Source of the DNA: Vampirovibrionaceae bacterium NZW_1234
Lineage (GTDB): Bacteria; Cyanobacteriota; Vampirovibrionia; Vampirovibrionales; JAGQHJ01
Direction of reading: 5' to 3'
NCBI GenBank assembly: GCA_041697335.1
Contig: JBGUGD010000025.1
Span: 64,001-128,000, forward strand
Length of the DNA stretch: 64,000 bases
Shown here: piece by piece, positions 57,365-64,000 of the stretch
Position numbering within the stretch: position 1 is the stretch's first letter
How the letters are laid out: every line of letters starts with the position of its first letter
Made by a program: the position numbers and the translations under genes
The notes under the pieces: model-generated
Databases searched by the model: none
Seen by the model: only the letters and a program-made list of their open reading frames with translations
What the model was told of the DNA's origin: nothing

Positions 57365-58935
57365 CAATGCATTCACGTATTATTATGGGAATGCTGAGCG
57401 GTGCGGGAAACATTGCTGTTAAAACGGCATTGAACATTTTGCTGATTCCGGTTCTTATTTATCATCTCGGTGTGGATAGTTATGGCCTTTTTGTTCTTCT
57501 AATTGGCATTTTAGAAATATCCACGATGTTGGATCTAGGTTTCACAGCGGCTATGGTTAAAGGGTTGGGTGAATATCGGCATGCCAAGCAGGTGAAGAAG
57601 GCACAAGAATTATTGACGATGGGACATGTGCTTTATGGCTTTCTCGCAGTGCTACTTTGTTGTGTTGGTTGGGGGTGGAGTCAGGACCTTATCAAACTTT
57701 TTCATGTCCCTGGCTCTTTGATGCAGGATGCCCATACAGCGTTATTAATCGCAATTGCAGAGGGGGCGATGACATTGTATACCACCTATTATCGCTCAGT
57801 GTTGCTCGTCCATTGTCAACACCAGTGGGTGAATCTCAGTGAGAGTTTGGGATTAATTCTTTCCACCGGGATCGGATTATTGCTGGTTGCTTCAGGACAA
57901 GGGTTGATTGCTTTAATGATCTGTCGTCTTGTTACCGTGGGGTTGCGAACGATTGTGCTGATTTTTCAGGCACATCGAGTGGAGCCATCCGTGCTATTGC
58001 CTCAAGAGTGTCCTAGCAGAAGGACCGTTTCCGAGGTTATTACGACAAGTTTCCATGCCATGATGGTTAACTTGAGCATTGTTATCTCACATAAGATTGA
58101 TACTTTTGTGATTGCGGCATTTTTACCCATAAAAATGGTTGGCTATTTTGAAATTGTTTACCGATTTCTATCCGTTGCGTCACAAGTGGCCGGAAAAGTC
58201 GCTGAAGTCGTTTTTCCGTTGTTCAGTCGCTATGCTGCCGAAGGCCAGGATCACGAAATGCGGTACTTATTCTTGCGCATGAGTTGTGTTCTCAATTTTA
58301 CTGTGGGGATCCTGATTTTAGGCATCTGTATTTTCTACCCTGAGCTTTTCCGTATTTTTTCTGCAGGTAAGATTCCATTTGAACCGACACTGCCTATCCT
58401 GGTACTTGCCATACCCTGTATTTGGAGTGGTGTCCTGCAATTGCCGTCGGGGTACTACCTCTTCGTTTCCGGTCGGCAACGTTACCTAACCCTTACAAGT
58501 ATACTGGCTGCCGTATTTAATTTAGGGTTTAGCCTTCTCCTGATTAAACCCTTGGGCATGCCTGGTGTCATTCTTGGGACATTGATCCCTCAGCTGATCC
58601 AACATCAGGCCGGTTTGATACGACAAACATGTAAGGGATTGGGAATTTCATTTAAAGCGTATTTTGAAGCTGTTTACCAGCCCAATATCTTCCCCCTGGT
58701 TGGGACTGTCTTATGGCTGTTAATGGCAAAAACGGTCATTTTTTCTCCCTCACTAACGTTCTGGCCAGTCGCCTTTGTATTGGCGTCCGGCTTGGTCTTT
58801 GGCACCACACTTTGGTTGGCCTATTGCATGAATGACCATGAAAAAATGTACGTGGAGGTCAATTTCGTCATGCCTCTACAGAAAAAACTGGGAACTCAAA
58901 GGCCATCTAACGATAAAAGGGTGACGCATGGCTAA
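57361..58935 (+). CDS. Wzx-type flippase
   Basis: Polytopic; LG...YG, LDLG, KID..VI, FP.FS. Confidence 0.88.
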   Translation: MTMHSRIIMGMLSGAGNIAVKTALNILLIPVLIYHLGVDSYGLFVLLIGILEISTMLDLGFTAAMVKGLGEYRHAKQVKKAQELLTMGHVLYGFLAVLLCCVGWGWSQDLIKLFHVPGSLMQDAHTALLIAIAEGAMTLYTTYYRSVLLVHCQHQWVNLSESLGLILSTGIGLLLVASGQGLIALMICRLVTVGLRTIVLIFQAHRVEPSVLLPQECPSRRTVSEVITTSFHAMMVNLSIVISHKIDTFVIAAFLPIKMVGYFEIVYRFLSVASQVAGKVAEVVFPLFSRYAAEGQDHEMRYLFLRMSCVLNFTVGILILGICIFYPELFRIFSAGKIPFEPTLPILVLAIPCIWSGVLQLPSGYYLFVSGRQRYLTLTSILAAVFNLGFSLLLIKPLGMPGVILGTLIPQLIQHQAGLIRQTCKGLGISFKAYFEAVYQPNIFPLVGTVLWLLMAKTVIFSPSLTFWPVAFVLASGLVFGTTLWLAYCMNDHEKMYVEVNFVMPLQKKLGTQRPSNDKRVTHG

Positions 58936-59980
58936 TCTCTTTCCGTTGGTGTCGATTATTATGCCCGCCTATAATGCGGCTGCACATATTGCTGAGGCAA
59001 TTGAGTCTGTCTTGGCGCAGAGCTATTCACATTGGGAGTTATGGATTATTGATGATGCCTCTCAGGACAATACTGACTCTGTCGTGTCTCAGTTTCTGGA
59101 CAGTCGCATCCGGTATCATCGCATTGAAAAACAAGGACGTGCCGGTGCTGTTAGAAATGTTGGACTCCGCCAAGCCCAAGGTGACCTGATTGCGTTCTTG
59201 GATGCCGATGATGTTTATTTCCCCGATGCTCTCGAAGCCCTCGTCACACCTTTCAAACTAAATCCCTCTTTGATTGCCGTTTATGGTTTTGCCAACTACA
59301 TGGATGAACATGGCAAACCAATCCCAACGATGGATCTGCTGCGTCCGGATCGTCAAGGGCAGTATCACTTGCCGAAAGGTTATGATCACAGTTGGCGTCA
59401 GATTATTACCGGCAATTTCTCCTGTATGCTGCCCGGCCTGATGCTACGGCGTGAAACCCTGGAAAGAATTGGTTACATCGACGAGACGTTTATCAGTGGG
59501 GAAGATTACGAATTTTATCTAAGGCTTTTCCTGGATAATCATAACCAGGTTCATTGTCTGCCCCGCTATATCTACCGTTACCGTGTCCACAGCCAGAGCC
59601 TGACCAAGTGTCCAGAACAGTATCAGGCGATTTTAGAGAGTTGCCTTGCGATTGCCGACAGTGTTTTTAGTAATCCCCGGATTCCAGATGAAGCTCTCTG
59701 TCATAAATCCATGGCCTATTGGGAATGTTTTCGCTATTTAGCCCGTGAGCGCCTTATTCATGGGCAACCTTCCATTGCAAGACATATTATTCTTCAAGCA
59801 TTCTGTCACCGTCAGGTTGCAACATCGACCTGGCTACTTAAAGGGCTTCCGTTATTCCTACGTACTTTACTGCCAACAGAATTTAATCATCATTTAATCT
59901 CAATTAAATGTAAGCTGAAACCACCTTGCGTAATGGGTTTATCCCGCCTTTCCAACATATTCTCAGGAGGATTGCTATGA
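58928..59980 (+). CDS. Glycosyltransferase family 2
   Basis: VSIIMPAYN, IDDAS.D, RN.GL, FLDADD, EDYE. Confidence 0.93.
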   Translation: MANLFPLVSIIMPAYNAAAHIAEAIESVLAQSYSHWELWIIDDASQDNTDSVVSQFLDSRIRYHRIEKQGRAGAVRNVGLRQAQGDLIAFLDADDVYFPDALEALVTPFKLNPSLIAVYGFANYMDEHGKPIPTMDLLRPDRQGQYHLPKGYDHSWRQIITGNFSCMLPGLMLRRETLERIGYIDETFISGEDYEFYLRLFLDNHNQVHCLPRYIYRYRVHSQSLTKCPEQYQAILESCLAIADSVFSNPRIPDEALCHKSMAYWECFRYLARERLIHGQPSIARHIILQAFCHRQVATSTWLLKGLPLFLRTLLPTEFNHHLISIKCKLKPPCVMGLSRLSNIFSGGLL

Positions 59981-61164
59981 ACGCCCTTATGGCAGCGCCA
60001 ACAAGCACTCCTGGTTTAGGCGAGGTGTATCGGGCTCAGGTGGTCGACAGTCTCCAGGAGTTTGCTCAAATCCGTTCTCATTGGGATCATCTGATCCAAA
60101 ATTCGGGCCTGGACACCATTAACCTCGACTATTTATGGTTAAGTACCTGGATGGAGTCTTTTCCGAATCAATCGCTTTTTCTCATTCTGATTTATAATGA
60201 CCAGGATGAGCTGATAGCAGGTGCCCCTTTAAAGATCAGTCAGTCTCCATCGGGCCTGATGTGTCGACTATTACGCCATCTACAGTTTATAGGAACAGAC
60301 CCCTGTGTATACGATTGGATGGTTTTTCCCATGGTTCACAGTGCCAATGAAGCTCAGGTGATAGAAACACTAGCCAACTGCCTTTTCGAACATCGCACTC
60401 GCTGGGATCTCATGGATTTCAGATATTTGCAAAGTGAAACACAACTAGCGCATCTAAATCGAATCCTTTCTTCTTGGGGGAGACGTACCACACATCATGC
60501 CTCTATGGTGATTCCAACACGAGATCTCCCCGAGACTGTGGAAGAATATGAAGCATCGGTCAAGCATCGGGGATACAAACGTAATTTGAAGCGAATTCTG
60601 AATCAGATTCGTCGGGAGTTTAATGGTGAGCCCGTCGTTGTAGATGTTTTGGAAAATTCTCCCGAAACAATGGAGCAGATCGCCCTGTTTTTCGATCACC
60701 ATCGGACCTACTGGGCTTCCAAAGGCATAAAATGTGACCTGGAACGTTATCCCAATCTAGTCACGTTTTACCACCGTATTTATCAGGGTTTTGCCAAAGA
60801 CTTGAGCAATCCTAACAAGGTTTTATTTACGGTTTTGAAAATAGGAAGCCGGATTATCAGTTATAATTTCGATTTCCTTTCAGGAAAAAGCATTTGGGGC
60901 CACTTGTCCGGCTATGATCCCGCGTATCGCAAATATCGCCCCGGTGTGTTGCATATTGAACTATTGCTGCATTTTTCCATTCAAAATGGAATGTCGCGTT
61001 TTGAGTTTGGCAGAGGCGATCAATCCTACAAAGATCAATGGGCGAACCATCACATTCAACTATGGAATTTGATGCTCTGGAATACGCCATGGGCTTTTCT
61101 TTTCTGGAAAACGGATCAGGTACTCAAAAAATTAGTACGCAAGCCCTTGTTTTCATCGCAATAA
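59977..61164 (+). CDS. GNAT-fold (CelD/BcsL-like) acyltransferase
   Basis: AGGAGG SD; WL.TW, GYDP.Y.KY.PG, FEFGRGD..YK..W. Confidence 0.85.
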   Translation: MNALMAAPTSTPGLGEVYRAQVVDSLQEFAQIRSHWDHLIQNSGLDTINLDYLWLSTWMESFPNQSLFLILIYNDQDELIAGAPLKISQSPSGLMCRLLRHLQFIGTDPCVYDWMVFPMVHSANEAQVIETLANCLFEHRTRWDLMDFRYLQSETQLAHLNRILSSWGRRTTHHASMVIPTRDLPETVEEYEASVKHRGYKRNLKRILNQIRREFNGEPVVVDVLENSPETMEQIALFFDHHRTYWASKGIKCDLERYPNLVTFYHRIYQGFAKDLSNPNKVLFTVLKIGSRIISYNFDFLSGKSIWGHLSGYDPAYRKYRPGVLHIELLLHFSIQNGMSRFEFGRGDQSYKDQWANHHIQLWNLMLWNTPWAFLFWKTDQVLKKLVRKPLFSSQ

Positions 61165-61257
61165 AGCATTACAAACGGCTCAAACTGCGCAATTTTGCTT
61201 TCTCAACAGTATTTATTGATATACAAACGCTATTATGAATTTGTGGATCGTAGGCCT

Positions 61258-62010
61258 ATGAATGCGCATCGAGAAAGTCTGTTGTCTCCTTCGGGAGAAA
61301 CATCGCCCTACTTTGTCGTTGACAATGTCATGACCCATGATTCAAAACACGTCATTCATCCAAGGCGGCTTGAGCAAGAAGCCTTTATGGCCCGAGCCCT
61401 GAAAGAGTCAGGTAAACGGCTTTTTACGCTCCAGGACCTTACAATTCCAGGACTTGATGAAGCTATCCCGTCACAGGATTATGACTACTTGAAGCTAGCC
61501 TTGGCTTGGGTCCAAAAATTCATTATGCGTCCCCACCCCGGATTAAACCGACCCGGTGCTGTCTGTCCTGCTGTAAAGATGGCTATTGATGAAGGGCTGC
61601 TGTATTTCACCGTTGCACATCCTGAGAAAACAGATGAGTACCGATCTGTAGCCGATGAACTGCGTCAATACGCAAAGATATTTCATACTCTTCAACCCGA
61701 AAGCGGAGAGTTAGCCGGTTTGAAAGCCTTTGTTATCTTAATGCCTGAGTGTGAGCCTGCACATTTAACCGACCATAAGGCTACGATGAAGCTTAAAACG
61801 GAGTTACTTCATCAAAACCTTATGCTTGGCCAGTTTTTCCCTATCAATGACCCAAAAGAAGCTTTAAAATCCAAATTTTTTCCGGTACAACCTCCATTTC
61901 CCATTTACAGTATGAGAACCATGTTAGAAAGTGACTGGGTCTTTCTTCAGTGGGAAAACGAATGGCGGCAAATTTATGAAACTCGTTTCGGAGCGTTCCC
62001 ACAACCATAG
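61258..62010 (+). CDS. DUF6875-like protein
   Basis: W...FI.RPHP.L.R.GAVCP.V..A, LMLGQFFP, P.P....R.M...D..FL. Confidence 0.65.
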   Translation: MNAHRESLLSPSGETSPYFVVDNVMTHDSKHVIHPRRLEQEAFMARALKESGKRLFTLQDLTIPGLDEAIPSQDYDYLKLALAWVQKFIMRPHPGLNRPGAVCPAVKMAIDEGLLYFTVAHPEKTDEYRSVADELRQYAKIFHTLQPESGELAGLKAFVILMPECEPAHLTDHKATMKLKTELLHQNLMLGQFFPINDPKEALKSKFFPVQPPFPIYSMRTMLESDWVFLQWENEWRQIYETRFGAFPQP

Positions 62011-62108
62011 AGGGATATTGGGGGATATCCGTGATTTTAGGTGTCACAAAATAGCCATCAGTGGTTTTCATGAACCATAGCGCCATTGTTCCAGTAGGTT
62101 GACACCCG

Positions 62109-63107
62109 ATGATCTTGCGAATTGAGAGCCCATTACACCGCCATTCAACAACACCAACGTTAAAGGTCTCAGGACATTGTGGGAATAAAATCATCGATTC
62201 CGTTCGGTTTTCATCTGAAGCGGCCTCCAGTAAGCGTCGGAAGAATACGTCTGATTTTTTTGGTACGATTCGTTACTACTGGAACCGCCTGACAAAGGGC
62301 TTAGGTTCGATAGTGACCCAGCTCTTAACACGTATTGCATCGTTTTTCGGGTATTCTTCCAAAAACGCTTCTCCAAAACCTGTTAGGCCAATTCCGATTG
62401 AGGCCAAGATCACAGCCACTCATGAGCTTGGGCATGCGCTGTTGTGTCGCGCATTGGGAATATCCATGCATGAGATAAATGTAAAAGGCCATCAAGAATC
62501 CCGTTCTCGAGGTTATGTCGTCCATACATCCGTGGTGGATGCTCCAAAGTCAAAACCTAATACACAGGACTATCTTCGTGAAATTCTTGTTATGGCCGCC
62601 GGGTACGCATCGGCAAAAACGAAGCTCTTTACGCAACTGAACAAAGAACCAAAGAAAAATGAGAACGCTTTATTACAAATTCAACTGGGCCCCATTGGAG
62701 ATATTAATGCTATGCGCGCCGATCTCAAGAAGGCCAGAGAGAATGGCTACTTTCTGGATACCCCGGGATTGGCGAGCTGTGAGCTTGGACCTGCCGCGGA
62801 TGAATCCGAAGTAACGTCCTGGACAAGTCGTGAGGCACAAAACATTTTAAATACCTGGAAATACCCAATTATTTCCCATGCATATCAACTTGCTGCAGAC
62901 GTCATTGCGGCGGTTCCCGTCGAAAAATTTAATGCGATGGTCAAAGATCTGTTTGCCAAGGGTAACATTAAGGGCAAAGAAAAGATTAATGCTTTCTTTG
63001 AACACCATTTGGGAAGGAATTTTAGGTGGACATCAGTACAAAATAAGATTGACCACTACCTGAAGGGACCCCAACACTGGTTTGCACCGAAAGCGACAGC
63101 GGCATAA
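62109..63107 (+). CDS. Stand-alone M41 (FtsH protease domain)-like metallopeptidase with leader
   Basis: TATHELGHAL, GYV, I.V.AAGYA, G..GD. No AAA domain. Confidence 0.7.
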   Translation: MILRIESPLHRHSTTPTLKVSGHCGNKIIDSVRFSSEAASSKRRKNTSDFFGTIRYYWNRLTKGLGSIVTQLLTRIASFFGYSSKNASPKPVRPIPIEAKITATHELGHALLCRALGISMHEINVKGHQESRSRGYVVHTSVVDAPKSKPNTQDYLREILVMAAGYASAKTKLFTQLNKEPKKNENALLQIQLGPIGDINAMRADLKKARENGYFLDTPGLASCELGPAADESEVTSWTSREAQNILNTWKYPIISHAYQLAADVIAAVPVEKFNAMVKDLFAKGNIKGKEKINAFFEHHLGRNFRWTSVQNKIDHYLKGPQHWFAPKATAA

Positions 63108-63114
63108 ACGTCAT

Positions 63115-63399
63115 TTAAAGCTGAGCCCATTCCTCACATGAGTATGTTTTTAGCTCCAATGCGTGCAAATGGGTTTCAAAGTTTTCTTTCAAGAGGGCAT
63201 GAACCATACGGTGACGGTTGAGTAAGGGGACATCCTTAAATTGATCGGAAACAACCACAACACGAATATGTGTCTGCTGGCCTTCTGGGACATTGGACAT
63301 GGCCGCATGCCCCGCGTGACGCCAGCTATCATCAATGACCTCCACATGGGTGGCAGCCAGATGAGTATACAGTTTGTCCGTGATGTTTGGATTGGTCAT
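63115..63399 (-). CDS. bolA: BolA family protein
   Basis: V.DDS.RHAGH, TH..V.VVS..F....L.RHRMV, LHAL.L. Confidence 0.93.
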   Translation of the reverse strand: MTNPNITDKLYTHLAATHVEVIDDSWRHAGHAAMSNVPEGQQTHIRVVVVSDQFKDVPLLNRHRMVHALLKENFETHLHALELKTYSCEEWAQL

Positions 63400-63464
63400 A
63401 GCAACACTATCTTACAAGAGAACCGGTCTTTGATTCAACATTGCACTGGAGACTACCCAAATGG

Positions 63465-63707
63465 TCAGGCGATCTTTTCTGCGCCCATGATATTGCCCAT
63501 CAGTAAATTGAGTTTAACAGTATCCCCAGGCTTCGGATCCGGATAAAATGCTTCCGGGTTGATACGAGCCTGTTGAATTGGGGAGGAATCCGATGTGCGA
63601 TAGGCCACCTGATAATATAAGCTGCCGTGAATCCGAACCTCCTGAACATCAACGAGGGTGACAGTCAACGTATCCTGCAACAAATTCATGGGGGACAATG
63701 GCTCCAT
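63465..63707 (-). CDS. Small hypothetical protein
   Basis: AGGA SD; beta-rich, OB-fold-like pattern; co-directional with bolA. Confidence 0.65.
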   Translation of the reverse strand: MEPLSPMNLLQDTLTVTLVDVQEVRIHGSLYYQVAYRTSDSSPIQQARINPEAFYPDPKPGDTVKLNLLMGNIMGAEKIA

Positions 63708-63755
63708 GTTGTATCTGCAGTCATTATCCTACACGAAGCAAAGGAGTCAGACCAG

Positions 63756-63989
63756 TTACTCTGCAGAGCGAAGCCGCCCTTGTTGGTCTATTTTCAATCG
63801 TTGCGGTGAAAGGATGGCGCGAGAACCGATACCCTGATTAAAAATTTCGCGTACTTGGCGCATGTACCGTCGAGCGGCCGATACGCCGTCCTGAATGCTG
63901 TGTTCGGTAATTTTGGATACGTCATCCATGGAGGGTGTTTTTTGATAATGCTTACAAAGCCCAAAGTAATCAATCGTTAAGCTAATCAC
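63756..63989 (-). CDS. Small hypothetical protein
   Basis: GTG start near the window edge; co-directional with the downstream genes. Confidence 0.45.
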   Translation of the reverse strand: MISLTIDYFGLCKHYQKTPSMDDVSKITEHSIQDGVSAARRYMRQVREIFNQGIGSRAILSPQRLKIDQQGRLRSAE

Positions 63990-64000
63990 CTCATTGGCCT

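Noticed and set aside
1..64000. tRNA/rRNA genes, integrases, reverse transcriptases, ATP-grasp ligases
   Set aside because: None recognised in the sequence or the ORF track.

Overview
Bacterial chromosomal window. Cyanobacteria-like housekeeping genes (valS, glutamine-dependent nadE, mrp/apbC) and many orphans with a short N-terminal '[P/T/L]-x-F-[G/S/A]' leader suggest non-photosynthetic Cyanobacteriota (Melainabacteria/Vampirovibrionales); this is inference only. From left to right: a relic of a subtilase 3' end plus an IS5 pseudogene and a TylF methyltransferase; an S8 protease; valS; a run of leader-bearing orphans, including a circularly permuted caspase-like protein; a 2000-aa multi-domain toxin-like protein; two repeat-bearing peptides resembling graspetide (microviridin-like) precursors; and a complete type II-C CRISPR-Cas9 locus (5 repeats, 4 spacers, cas2-cas1-cas9, tracrRNA). 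The Cas9 locus has a degenerate repeat sitting on the cas9 ribosome-binding site and is followed by a phased GAGTAAAA array. Then come nadE, a tandem ClpR/ClpP fusion, a rhodanese-mrp-ferredoxin-yyaL operon, a glycogen synthase with a leader, a Wzx/Wzy exopolysaccharide cluster, a stand-alone M41-like protease and bolA. Best candidates for new biology: (i) the shared N-terminal leader on both orphans and enzymes, a possible effector export signal; (ii) possible Cas9 autoregulation through the repeat-like element at its RBS; (iii) the permuted caspase; (iv) orphan multi-core graspetide precursors; (v) the phased non-coding array.
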